63,811 bases of DNA, filler included, from Octopus bimaculoides (GCF_001194135.2; 6 parts of 6 records of this genome joined end to end with filler, not necessarily neighbours in it); one strand, 5' to 3'. Shown: positions 40,487 to 53,046, numbered from the whole stretch's first letter. Made by a program: numbers and translations. Notes: a model not told the origin generated them from the letters alone.

Positions 40487-42390
40487 CGTATGTGTGTGTT
40501 TGTTAGTGTATATACATACATATAGACTCTCATATGTGGGTATATGAATTTGGTCCTCAGTCAGCTTTGGTTATAAGTATCGAGATGCTCGATCTATTGA
40601 ACGTTATATATCAGTTGATTTGGCGTGTAAGAAGTTTGAGGATTTCACAGGTGTATATGTCTCGTCGCGTAATTCCCAGGCTAGAATCAGAGAAATGCAT
40701 TATATGTAACCAGCCTAGACTTTTGAATTTCAAGTGTAATCTAACTTCTGGGTTCCGGCACGGTTTCATTTTCCTCAGTTACACTTAAAAGGATTGGGCT
40801 GCCAGGAATTTCAACCATGTTTCGTGGTCTGCTACCACAACAGCTCCTTTATAGGATCCAGTTAGCTCAAGACATCATCAGGAGGAACCACGTCCGGTTT
40901 CGGCCCCTACTCCTCTACCGTTTTGACATGGAGGTGTCTTCAGCTCTGGTGTTGGGTGCATGTCTTCTTTCACTGNNNNNNNNNNNNNNNNNNNNNNNNN
41001 NNNNNNNNNNNNNNNNNNNNNNNNNNNNNNNNNNNNNNNNNNNNNNNNNNNNNNNNNNNNNNNNNNNNNNNNNNNNNNNNNNNNNNNNNNNNNNNNNNNN
41101 NNNNNNNNNNNNNNNNNNNNNNNNNNNNNNNNNNNNNNNNNNNNNNNNNNNNNNNNNNNNNNNNNNNNNNNNNNNNNNNNNNNNNNNNNNNNNNNNNNNN
41201 NNNNNNNNNNNNNNNNNNNNNNNNNNNATATATATATATATAATATATATATATATATATACGCATTTCTGTGTTATAATCGGCTACGTTGTGCATAAAG
41301 ATTTTCTCATTCACCTAGAGAATAGAAATTCTTTTTGAAATACATGCAACAAAATCATGTGTAATATTTTAAAGATGATTACTGTTTACGTTAATGTGTC
41401 TTAGGCTAGTATTCGGTTTATGGCATAGTTTGTAATTATCTATTTCTGGATCGAGGTTAATGTCCAAGAAATTGACTGAATTATATTCATTTTCCATAGC
41501 CTATATTTCTTTAAAGTTTGGGAATTTTTAAAAATTATATATTTCTAATCTCCTGTTAGAGATGTTGTCTTGGGTACAAGTGCGTCATCCGTGTATAGGT
41601 TCCCTCCAAACTCCGGAAATTTCCTCTTTCAGTTAAATAGTGTGTAAACTCCCACTAAGTCTGTGACTTGTGCTGAATCAGCAGAAAACATTCTTATGTC
41701 AAAATTATCACTAGTGTTCTTTTCTAAACTAGTATTTGTTGTCTATTCATAAAAATTAAAAATATAAATTTCTTTAATTAAAAAACAAACATTAATTAAA
41801 ATAAACATTATATGAATGATAGAATAGTACATATGCTCTTAGGTCAAAAGATGTATATTTTTTGTGTTTAAATATATTCAAATAATTTTATCGAAAAATA
41901 TACATGGTGTATATGAAAATTTAGAATCACACTTCTATACTATTAAATAAATAGAAACACAGGAAGCAAAACTATCAAGTAATGAATATAAGTAATATAT
42001 TATATTACAATATATATATATAAAGCTGAGAATGCGTGTATTTCTGTCTGTATGTCTGTATGTGTGCATCACTAAAGCACGAGTACTTCCCAACCGCTTT
42101 CTTTCAAATTTCACACATGCCTTACGTAACATCCGTGCAATATCATGGGCAAAGGAATTTCAATTTCTTGCCTATTCCGAGCCTGGAACAATCTCTTATC
42201 TCTTACACTAGTTCAGTATCACGTGTCAAAATTAAACAATAATATATTTATTGCAATGTAAGATAACCCTTTCAGTATTAATAGTTTCACTATTAATACT
42301 GAAACTATTAATTAAAAGTGAAATTAAAATCTCACTTACATATATACATGCATATGTATACATATATATACGTTATATATACATACATAC

Positions 42391-42449
<59 letters not shown>

Positions 42450-42637
42450 NNNNNNNNNNNNNNNNNNNNNNNNNNNNNNNNNNNNNNNNNNNNTTAATTA
42501 ATTAANNNNNNNNNNNNNNNNNNNNNNNNNNNNNNNNNNNNNNNNNNNNCAAATCAAGAAAAAAAAAGTTTGGAATATAAAAATTGATTTTTATTTTACT
42601 GGAAATATTGAAAAAGTACTGATGTATTACTTATGAA

Positions 42638-42985
42638 CAGGCTGTGTGGCAAGAAGCTTGCTTCCCAACCGCATGACTCCGGGTTCAGTCACAGTTTAGG
42701 TGTCTTCCACTATCTATGGCTTTGGGCCGACGAAAGCCTTGAGTGGATTTGGTAGACGGAAACTGAAATAAGCCCGTCGTGTATATATGTATGTGTGTCC
42801 CTGCCATTGCTTGGCAACCGATGCTGGTGTATGTCCCAGCAACATAGCGGTTCGGCAAAAAGACCGTTAGAATAAGTACTAGGCTTACAAAGAACAAGTC
42901 CTGGGGTAGAGTTCTTCGAGTAAAGATCCCTTAAGGCGGTGCTCCAGCATGGCCACAGTCAAATGACTGAAACAAATGAAAGAAC
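42638..42985 (+). mobile_element. tRNA-derived SINE family A, near full length
   Basis: A-box-like tgtgtggcaag and B-box-like ggttcagtcac. Body gagtggatttggtagacggaaactgaaa; tail ggcggtgctccagcatggcc.cagtcaaatgactgaaaca. Many copies in the window. Confidence 0.8.
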
Positions 42986-42989
42986 GTGA

Positions 42990-43205
42990 TCACGTGGAAA
43001 ACGCGACCGAGCTTTCTTTCCAACTTGATAAATGAATGTCGTCCATTTCCAGCATTCGAACATTCTGCAAAAGGGTTTGAGCAAACATCGCATTGCCTGG
43101 AAACAAATGAGGGCTGGCGTCTGGAAGAGCGTTCATCCGTAGAAAATCTGTCTCAATAAACTCCGCCTGAGCCATGCAATAATGGGGGAAATTGGACGTT
43201 AAAAC
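42990..43205 (+). mobile_element. Repeat family C with (GAT)n-type tail (RTE-like 3' end); other copies at about 16268-16450 (-), 18060-18445 (+), 27705-27880 (+) and 49108-49205 (-)
   Basis: Shared ggaag.gc.tcca.ccgtagaaa, gcatgg.aa..tggacgttaaa and atgatgatg motifs. Confidence 0.55.
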
Positions 43206-43589
43206 GATGGCTCTTCTGTGTGAGTGTATTTAACGGCGGACATCTTCGGAGTTTCTGTAAACCAAATTCCTCTCACACACAACCCAATATTACTGTGGTA
43301 GAAAGGCCCAAGGAACCATATAGTGTGTTCGAAACCGAAACTGCTTTCATGGGAAACAAATTTCTTAACCATACGATAAAAAAAAAACAATCAATATTAT
43401 TCTCGTTATTGCATCTTGTGTTTGAGTGTTAGGCTTTAAACAACCTCAACTACAGAACGAACTCAAGGACAAGCAAAATCCTTAAAGTAATGAAACAATG
43501 CCGTATAAAAATATCTAAGTATGAATCAAGAATAAAAGTAAAGACTATTCTAGAACGTGGAAACTTCGTGGATCCTGTTTGTGATAATG

Positions 43590-43795
43590 GTTTCAAATTT
43601 TGGCACAAGGCTAACAATTTCGATGTCGAGGTAAGAGGCGACCCCAGTACTCAACTGGTTCCTATTTTATCGACCTTCGAATGGATGAAAGGCAAAGTCG
43701 ATCTCGGCAGAAATTGAACTCTGAACGTAAAGGCGGACGAATGCCGCTAAGCACTGTGCCTCGTGTGCAAACAACTCTGCCAGTTCGACGCCCCG
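43590..43795 (-). mobile_element. SINE family B
   Basis: ggcacaagg...cgaccccagtac.caactgg...gatgaaaggcaaagtcgatctcggcagaaattgaactc. Confidence 0.7.
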
Positions 43796-44006
43796 ATTGT
43801 AATAAGAATTTCTCTTCGTAAAGTCTTTTAACGTCTTTGACTAGCTTATCTTGCTCATTTTATTTTATTTTCATTTACGGTGATTAGCATATTGACCCCC
43901 GAAAGAGATAGTAAGTTCGGTTCGTTTATGTTACATTTTTTTTCTTGCTTTGACACTTGGTTGTTAGCTAAATACCAGGTTCACACCGGGGACGAAGGGA
44001 AGGGAA

Positions 44007-44420
44007 ACAAGCAGACTGATTGGCTGCTTAAGTTAAAATAAATAATTTCCAACAAACAGGAAGAGATATTTATCTAAAACAAGCAAGTAAATAAATAAAT
44101 AAATAACTATGAAAATAAAAACGAAAAACTATATAAAACAAAACAAATCAACAGTGAGCCGCGCGTGGTTAACGGCGGGGAGCTGGGACCGGCAGACGAA
44201 AGCATGAAAGCATAAAGCTTGTTTGCTTGGAGTACGACAGATGAGAAAGAAGCAATTAGCGTCTCCATTTGTAACAAAGCGTTCCTTTACAAGGTTGGTA
44301 GGAAACAAATGTAGATACATACAAATACTTTTTATATATACATACACATTTCCTCTGCCGGTCAACTTGTCAAACATGGAAGTTGTTTGTGGTTTTGCTT
44401 AATATTGTCACGTGACTTTA
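44007..44420. promoter_or_regulatory. CpG-rich non-repetitive block with NF-Y and E-box motifs
   Basis: AGCCAATCAG on the minus strand (core 44019-44023), palindromic GTCACGTGAC at 44407-44416, and a CpG cluster at 44158-44200. Confidence 0.35.
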
Positions 44421-44673
44421 AAGTAAATTTTTAGGGACAAAATTATCAAGTCTGCTAGTTCAGGCTTCTACTTTCTTCGTCGTCGTTGCTATTGTCTCCA
44501 TTTTCATTACACTGCGTTCCCCAACTCCCACCCTTTCGATTGTTACTAATCAGGGGCGAATCTCCTTTCAAAAACAAACAAAAAATCTGTAAAATGTTCT
44601 TGCACTCGTGTGTCCCTTATGTGGTTTGTATATTTAAAAAATATTTGCCTTTAAAAAAACGTAGCACATTGAA

Positions 44674-44856
44674 TTATTCTTTTACTTGTTTCAATCATTT
44701 GACTGCGGCCATGCTGGGGCACCGCCTTTAGTTGAATAAATCGACTCCAAGACTTATTCTTTGTAAGCCTAGTACTTCTATCGGTCTGTTTTGCCGAACC
44801 ACCAAGTTACATAAACACCAACATCAGTTGTCAAGCGATGGTTGGGGTGGGGGACA

Positions 44857-44904
<48 letters not shown>

Positions 44905-45065
44905 ACAGGCTTCTTTCAGTTTCCGTCTACCAAATCCACTCACAAGGCTTCGGTTGGTCCGAGGCTTATAGTAGAAGACACTTGCCAAGGTGCCACGCAG
45001 TAGGACTGAACCTGGAACTATGTGGTTGGGAAGCAATATTCTAACCACACAGCCACGCCTGCTCC
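44674..45065 (-). mobile_element. SINE family A, full length with internal (TA)n
   Basis: Reverse complement of the 42638 copy; includes the gcaccttggcaagtgtcttc CORE-like motif. Confidence 0.85.
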
Positions 45066-45410
45066 TATTAACCTTGATTTCAACCATAACCGTTCAGTCC
45101 TTTATATTTTTCGGGAATTTACTTTTTATTGCTGTTTATCCATCAGTGGTAACATTGCTGGATTTCTGAAGACTTCTTCCTCTTCTGTTAACCACTTCCG
45201 CTTCCATAAACGATAGTCCCCAGGGTAAGAAGTGATGTGGGTTCAACACCAACCAATCTGTTTTTACCACTGAAACCTACTCCTCTCCCCCACCCCACGG
45301 AAAGATCAGTCACTTCATTAAATCTAACGTCGTTTCTAGCGAGATCCGATCTACTTTGAGGAATTCAAGATTTTACAAATAAACAGGAAAAATGTGTATG
45401 TACATTAAAT

Positions 45411-45416
45411 TTTATT
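45411..45416 (-). terminator. Candidate polyadenylation signal (AATAAA) of the tandem-repeat gene
   Basis: AATAAA on the minus strand about 210 nt past the stop codon, followed by a U/GU-rich tract. Confidence 0.45.
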
Positions 45417-45626
45417 TTATAATTAAAATCTAAAATATATGAAAACGAAAAAAATTCTAAAATGATCATAATTGGTTAATATTCATCTTGAAAAACATTA
45501 AAAATGACAGTTCATTTTCTATCTCTTTTGCTGTCAGTTAAATAGGTTTGAAGGTAAAAATAACAATTGATTATCAGAAGGTAATTGTGTGTATGAGAAA
45601 ATAATGAATATCAACAGAAGTTGGTA

Positions 45627-46512
45627 TTAATATAAAGCAATTTCAGTTGCTGACGTTTTAGCTATTTCTTTGGCGTGATTGACAACATCGGGTAAGTTTG
45701 GCGATGTCGATTCCCTTGGCTGCACTTGGACGTTGTTTGACGTTCTGGAAGTCATTATTGTCGAAGTGACTGTCGTTGGAGTGGTTATACACGTCGATGG
45801 AAGAGCAGCCGGAGGCAAAGAGGACAAATGGCCGGCATCGAACGTTGCTGTTATAAACGCTTCGTATTCAACGGTCCCCATTTTAAAATGCAGACGATCG
45901 TGTGCTAACTTCATAATACGCCCCTGAAGAGTGCCATCACTCAAGGTATCAATAATGGATTCTGGGATTATCGCATAGACCACAGCAGTTATATAGTCGA
46001 TTGTCCATTGGCATAAATTTGCATAATCGATTAACTCGAGAATCAGGCCATTGGTGAAGTTTTCCACGCCAATGCGGTGAAGATTTTGCTCATTAAGACT
46101 TTGTTTGCACAGCCTACTTGAGAATGTGAAAATACCGGCATAGCGAAATATTATGGAAGTAGGCGGCGGTTGAATCTTCTCATAATCAAATGTGGAGTCT
46201 GTTTTGTCAAAGAATTCGTTCAAAAGCCGTAAATATTCCGGAGTTCCCACTGAAAGTTGAGACCTCTTTAATACCACGTCTAAAATACGATATTGAATGT
46301 TGGCTGGTTTTATACAGACTTGAACTGAATCGGGTGCCAACTGACGGATTACTCCAACCAAATGCTCAAATGTCCATTTATTGATGTTAGAATAATCATA
46401 AAGTTCCAATACCAGACCATTTACGTACCAATGGGCTTCAATTCGTCGTAAATCTCCAGACTCTAGTTTTGCATTGCTGATGTCAGCCGACAGACAATAT
46501 AATCCAGGATAT
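45627..46512 (-). CDS. Terminal coding exon of an unrecognised protein with two tandem 103-aa repeats and a Thr/Ser/Pro-rich tail
   Basis: 886-bp open frame in otherwise stop-rich DNA. It extends the tracked ORF (45627-46409) back to an acceptor ttctttcgttgtttctAG (46513-46514). In-frame stop about 30 nt further upstream and no ATG, so splicing is required. Internal repeat is 32/103 identical without gaps; ends in TAA. Confidence 0.8.
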
Positions 46513-47934
46513 CTAGAAACAACGAAAGAATAAAGATAGTATTAATTGATAGAAGTTAAAACATAATTATTTTATCTTTTACAAATTTTACTTATTTCTC
46601 ACAGCAACTGAACATTGTCTTTCGTCACAGGTTTCCAATCGACTGTTTCAATGGATTTCCAACGATGAAAGTAACAAGGGCGATGCCGTAAATAATGTAG
46701 AACAAATATAACAAAGGAGTCTGTTCGCAAAGCCCAGGTCTTTCGAGGGCATTAATGAAAGCTACACGCAGAACGTTCTACTGTTTCCACCAACCAAATT
46801 TCACTCATAAAACATCGTCGATCGACCCGCAAGGAGTCACTTTTCCCCAAGATGCCGTAGAGTGCGATCAAATCGGAACTACAGTAGGTGCGAAGCTAAC
46901 TATTTAACAACAAAACTATCAAAATTCATCTCTTCCTACCACCACCACCACCCTGCTACCACTTCATTTTTTTCTCAGCGGACACTATTGATCGATCTAT
47001 TGCCTTATTGAAATACACTAATCGAAAATGGCAGATTGAGCTTGCCTGCTGCATATAATCCAGAAACCTGAAATACAAGAAGTTGGAATATATATATAAA
47101 AAAAAAAAAACTGATTCAACCGCAAAACTATATTTTCATTTATTTGATAGAAACGGAAATACTCCAATGAAACATATTCACTGGCGTTGGTAAAAACACT
47201 TCTAACACGAACCAGTGAGGAAGTATCTTGGTAGGTTTTAGTCTTCTGTAATAAATTCTATTTACATCTAGTCTGTATTACAGGATTATTAATTCGACTC
47301 GAGTACTTCTTGTCTAGTAATTTATTTTCCGTCCTCTGAAGAAGGAAAACCAAAGTTACCTCGGCAGGATTCGAACTCAGAACGTAAAAAGTTGTAACTG
47401 AAAAAAAACTTATTATTGTAGATATTTTGTCCTAAGTTCTAACGATTCAGTCAATCGCTTGATCTATTAAAAATACCAGTTAAATCTGTTCCTAGCATCT
47501 TATTAAAAGATACAAACATACTCGTAAACTATTTTGATCATAATAAATTGAATAAAGTACGAGAGGATCACGCACAAGATATTCTATCAAGGGCCCCTGC
47601 CCCTGGGTTGTTAGGGCCTTTTTTTAAAATTTTCACAAAGGTTAAAATCTACAAATAATGTGCTTATTACATTTTCTTATCCTTTTTATTTTGAAAACCC
47701 TAAGCACAGAACAATGACACCCCTCTACAACGAGAACGTGATGTCCTTGGTGACTGCTCGAGTTGTTGGTACCTTCTTCTGGTACCTTCATCGATAACGA
47801 TTGTATAGATTCCTCTTTAATCTTCGTTACGAACGAAGAATAACTATTGCATTAGAATAATCTATGTTAACGATCTTCCGACGTAGAAGGTTACCTGGGT
47901 TATTCTAATCAAATATAATAGAATGAAGCATAAG

Positions 47935-48023
<89 letters not shown>

Positions 48024-48672
48024 AAACAAAAGAGAAAGAAAGAGAAAAATGTAGAAAAGATTTATATTTTAATCCTTTTGTTTCCATTGTATCTCGCAGA
48101 AATGAATTCCTAGCTAGAGGCGATAGCTGTGAGCTATTCGATGTTAAGCTATAAAATTATCTTCTTAACAGTAGTCAGCCATCTTTAAAACTTATATAAG
48201 TTTCAAATGAATTGAATAACTTGAATAGAAATTGAGGCGTTCCTCCACCCACTGCTTATAGCCACAATCGTTTTTCTTTCAAAATTAACATTTAGTCTGT
48301 CTTTCTTGATATTTCACGTAAGTCTTTACATTAATTTCGAGAAACAGAAGCTTCAATATCAGTAACATTGTTGTCACAAAGAAAAGTTGCATCTATACGT
48401 GTACCAAACAGGCCAAAAAGAAGAAAAAACCCTTCGCATTCGGAGTGAGCATAAAATCATTTAAGATTCCTGCACTGTTGTTGTCAAACCAATGTACAAA
48501 TTGAGACAAATCGGGGCCCTTTTTCCATCTAAAGCTTGATGAAACATTCTCCTGTGCTATCCAGACCATCATCATCATCATCTACCTCATCTGATGAAGG
48601 AAAATCAGAAAAAAAAACTTTGCTGTATAAATCTTCCATTTGCAACTGGGTTTCTCCTGTCGATGTGTGTTT

Positions 48673-48846
48673 TAGGGCGGTGAGCTGGCAGCATTGTCAG
48701 CACGACGGACAAAATGCCCTGTGACATTTCATCCAGCTTTATTATGTTCTGGTCTAAAATTCCGCCGAGGTTGACTGTCTTTTATCTTTTCGGGGTCGAT
48801 AAAATAAGTACCAGCTGCACACCGGAGTCGATGTAATCGATTGCCA
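48673..48846 (+). mobile_element. SINE family B
   Basis: ggcggtgagctggcag...aattccgccgaggttgac...ttcggggtcgataaaataagtaccag. Confidence 0.75.
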
Positions 48847-49419
48847 GGAGCACCACTCAGAGCCATGCAATGTTCACCTGTCTCATCGCCATCACTATTT
48901 CTGCTTGTTGAACCCTACACAGTGCTTTCTTAAAAAGCATAGACACACGAGTCTTCACAACTCAAGCAGTCTAATGCTAATCTATATATGATGCTATCGT
49001 TAATGTAAGGGCTCCGGTGCATTGCTTTGCTGGTAATGGTGTGGGGACCATATTGTAAAGAGGCTCCTGACGCTGTATTAACTCTTGTTACTGCTAATGA
49101 GTAGATCGCGTATATCATCATCATTTTAACGTCCACTTTTCCAAGCTTTCATGGGTCGGACGGAATCGATCGAGGCAGATTTTCTCGGACCGGACGCCCT
49201 TTTTGTCGTATATATTTCAATTTACAAGATAAACTTTTGAAAATATTTAGTCAGATATCTGTAAATTTATTTATTGTTACATGCGATGCCGGGATAGACG
49301 AATTATAATCTCGTACTTATGATTCGATTTTGATAATGTTTTAAAATTTAAGTAAGAACACATTAGAACGGTTGTCTTAGAAGGGTTAGTATTAAAAAAA
49401 TCTATCGCTTCTTCAAATC

Positions 49420-49730
49420 CTTTCCAGACATTCACTCTTTTCAACAGGCAGACGTTCCAGTTTAACCAACTACAATGGCCTCTGCAGTACGAGTGCTTGT
49501 CTACAAAGGATACGAGCCCTGACTTTCTACTTCAGACTAATAAAAAGAAAACGTCATTGAAGTAGATGCTTTATCTCATGTTTTATCATTGAGAAACTAT
49601 ACAAACCTAGTTATATTTGCCGACGAAGATAATGCCATCGAGAAATACATAAATCAGGATTACATTCAGAGAGAGACGAAGCCAGAACAGCATCGACAGA
49701 TGGGCGTCAATTGCTGATGTCTATATTTAG
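49420..49730 (+). mobile_element. Highly degenerate mariner transposase fragment
   Basis: QQADVPV..., YEP*LSTSD (compare YSPDLAPSD) and IFADEDNAIE..., with several stops. Confidence 0.35.
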
Positions 49731-51474
49731 ATCATACATTATTAACGCTCACGCTCCATTCTAATTTGCTGGTGTCGCAATGACTGCTGAAGCTTAAATT
49801 ATTATTTTGGAAAGGAATTTCAAACATAACAACCTCAAGGATTTATTTTTTAAATATGCTAATTATTCACGCCCACTCCTGGTGCAATTTCGTACATATC
49901 CTTATTGATTTTCTCTGCATTACTTCGGCAAATAAAATTAAGCGTATGCTTAACTAAGGCTTAAAGGCCTCCAATTGTCAACCTCGCCGAAATGATTAAC
50001 TATAAACTCTTTTTATCCCCAACTCGTGTTTATTTATTAGATTTTTGATGATCATAAAATACTAACTCAACTATTGTTGGTTTTTTTTTTCTTCTTCTTC
50101 TTATATATATAGAGGCGGTTTTCATGAGTAATTGAACAGAACACAAAAGATTCGAGAAATTTCGTTTTATTTTCCTTTTGCAAAAAGGCTGCAGTACTAT
50201 ATATAGTTAGAACAATTTCCAACGAAAACCTAATCTGTGTAGAAATAGCTGCCAAACGTCCGTCAACACATCACACTCTAGTATCTTAAAAACAAAGAGA
50301 AATACATTGAATAATGCATGTCTAGCTGTACAAAAAGACGAGACATTGTATTCATAGCCTGAAAGCTTTTATTACTGGCCTGTTCAATCAAGACTGATTT
50401 GGAGGGGTTACACAAGAGCTGAAATAAGAAGTTCTTCATATTTTCAAGAATTCATATCGCCAAAAAATGTCCCCATTTACCGTCTTACCCACTTCACCAG
50501 ACTTTCGGAAACATCGCTATCATCAATCCTATTAGGGGACGGAATGATTTCAACCAATGCCAATAGCTTGTATTTTGTCGCTGAACCAAAGAAACTCAAC
50601 AGCAACATGTGCGATGAGGGAGACTTAGCTGCACCAGGACTCGGTTGAAATGATGCATCGCGCCGCCTCGCCCGTAAGTTGAACTTGCGCCGTGACTAGC
50701 CAAACAGCCTAACCACTAAGCGACGCGCGCTCGTGCATTGATTGCTAATGTAAAAAATCAAAATTATAAAAAGGAACAAGATTGACATGCTATCCATCAA
50801 AGGTCATCAAATCTTTTCACATTGCAAAGGGTTTTAATAGCTGCTGCCCCCCCCCCACCTTTGACGCTACCTGCCCACAAATTGAAACAAACAACTTCAC
50901 TGCCCTATCACTTCCTGGTCATCAACATCCTTTCACGCGAGCTCTCTCTCTCTCTTTCTGATCNNNNNNNNNNNNNNNNNNNNNNNNNNNNNNNNNNNNN
51001 NNNNNNNNNNNNNNNNNNNNNNNNNNNNNNNNNNNNNNNNNNNNNNNNNNNNNNNNNNNNNNNNNNNNNNNNNNNNNNNNNNNNNNNNNNNNNNNNNNNN
51101 NNNNNNNNNNNNNNNNNNNNNNNNNNNNNNNNNNNNNNNNNNNNNNNNNNNNNNNNNNNNNNNNNNNNNNNNNNNNNNNNNNNNNNNNNNNNNNNNNNNN
51201 NNNNNNNNNNNNNNNNNNNNNNNNNNNNNNNNNNNNNNNNNNNNNNNNNNNNNNNNNNNNNNNNNNNNNNNNNNNNNNAGATAAGCGCTAAATTCAAAAT
51301 ATTGTTTCAAACAATAAGTTCGACAAGTAAACAACATGAATTGAAGGGTGGACCTCTATGTGGTCACTCGACCTGCAAGAAAGTGGTAGCAGAAAATCTT
51401 CCTCCAAATTAAACTGAATAAATAAAAATTGAAAATAAAAGCACCAATCTAAAAAGACAAAATACGTGGCAAGT

Positions 51475-51697
51475 CCCTCTTCTTACTACAACCTCGGATC
51501 GACCAATGAATTTGGTTGAGGAAACTGTGTGGAAACCTGTCGTATGTGTATGTATGTGGCTATGAGGGTCCTGTCGAGTAAAGAGACCGCTAGAATAAGT
51601 ACCAGGCTTTAAAAAAAGAACTGGGATCGATTCATTCGACAAAAACAAAATCCAAGATGGTGCCCCAGTATGGCCGCAGTCTAATGGCTGAAAGAAT
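51475..51697 (+). mobile_element. SINE family A, partial, tail-to-tail with the 51703 copy
   Basis: agaataagtaccaggct...gatggtgccccagtatggccgcagtctaatggctgaaa tail. Confidence 0.65.
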
Positions 51698-51702
51698 ATA
51701 TT

Positions 51703-51914
51703 CATTTATTTGTTTCAGCCATTTGACTGCGGCTATGCTGGAGCACTGCCTTTACGCGAGCAAATCGACCCCAGGATTTATACTTTGTCAGCCCAGTACT
51801 TATTCTATCGGTCTGTTTTGCCGAACCGCTAAGTTACGGGAACGTAAACACACCAGCATCGGTTGTCAAGTGATGGTAGGGAGCAAAACACAGACATGCA
51901 AATACATATATACA

Positions 51915-51951
<37 letters not shown>

Positions 51952-52073
51952 GACGAACTTTCAGTTACCGCCTTGGTCGGTCCTAGGCTATAGAAGACAC
52001 CCGCTCAAGGTGCCATGCAGTGGGACTGAACCTGGAACCATGTGGTTGGGAAGCAGGCTTCTTACCACTCCTG

Positions 52074-52075
<2 letters not shown>
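51703..52075 (-). mobile_element. SINE family A, full length with internal (TA)n
   Basis: Closely similar to the 44674-45065 copy. Confidence 0.85.

Positions 52076-52152
<77 letters not shown>
52076..52152. repeat. (TA)n microsatellite; many other (TA)n/(CA)n arrays flank the N gaps
   Basis: Direct reading. Confidence 0.95.
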
Positions 52153-52157
<5 letters not shown>

Positions 52158-52265
52158 ACACACACAACCAGGTCCGTCCGTCCGTCTCCACCGTTTGATC
52201 AGTTGTTCAGGAAAGGTGACAGAATACGTAGCAAGTCTTCAAACTCCTAAGCACTTCGACTAAAC

Positions 52266-52434
52266 CAGTGGTTCTCAACCGGAGTCCACATGGCCCTTGG
52301 GCGGGGGTCCATACAAGATTGTTATCAAAGTTGCTTATATTTCTACAATACGGAAAAAAATAAAGGGATTTTTTAAGCATCGAATGGCTGCGAGGGTCCA
52401 GTCGAATAAAACAGAAAATGGTTGAGAACTGCTG
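52266..52434. mobile_element. hAT-type MITE, same TIR family, shorter
   Basis: TIRs CAGTGGTTCTCAACC and GGTTGAGAACTGCTG. Flanks GACTAAAC / GACTTAAAC. Confidence 0.7.
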
Positions 52435-52734
52435 GACTTAAACCTTTCAAGACGGTGCCCCAGCATGACCGTAGTCCAATGACTGAAACAAGCATGTTGA
52501 ACAGTCTACATAGATTCAGATAAACTGTCTGCAATGCCTTTGATAATATCGATCAGAGCTAATCTAGAAGCTAAGGATTATTTTATGAGAATTAAATCAA
52601 TTCAAATTAAACAAAAGGTAGATTAAATTAGAGAATTATCGATAAAAGGTCGTTGATAAATCTATTTCAGGAATATATTCTAGAAATATATTTTAAGATT
52701 TTTCCTTTTTAGATTTACACAATCGAAGTTTTAT

Positions 52735-53046
52735 GACAGCCGCAGCCATGTGGTTAGGATGTTTGCTGTCAAAGTACAGCATCTCGGATTTCGTTCCGCA
52801 GCACGGCACCTCCCTCGTGAGTGAATTTGGCAGATGGAAACTGTCTGGAAGCCTTTTCTATGTATGTGCCTTGGTGTTTGTATTTGTCTTCCCACCACTC
52901 GACAACTAGTGTTGGTTTGCTTACGTCCCCATAACTTAGCTGTCCGACAAAAGAGGATGATAAAATGGTTTCGGTTTGTTTGATTAAAACCCTTCAATCT
53001 TGTACCCCAGCATGGCCGCAGCCCAGAGACTGAAAGAAGATAAAAT
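52735..53046 (+). mobile_element. SINE family A, diverged
   Basis: gtgagtgaatttggcagatggaaactg...ccccagcatggccgcagccc. Confidence 0.6.

Noticed and set aside
40790-40975. CTGAAGA...CGAAAC and CTGATGA motifs on the minus strand (second hammerhead?)
   Set aside because: The stem II closing bases do not pair (C/C) and I could not build stems I and III. Possibly a decayed retroelement tail.
42270-42304. 16-bp-arm AT-rich hairpin
   Set aside because: Short, low complexity and made from a locally repeated 15-mer; expected in AT-rich DNA.
45679-46384. Plus-strand ORFs of 82 and 64 aa
   Set aside because: Antisense shadows of the real minus-strand exon.
50585-50735. tRNA-like A and B boxes on the minus strand (GCTTAGTGGTTAGG...GTTCAACT)
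   Set aside because: No cloverleaf or acceptor stem; best explained as a decayed tRNA-derived SINE head.
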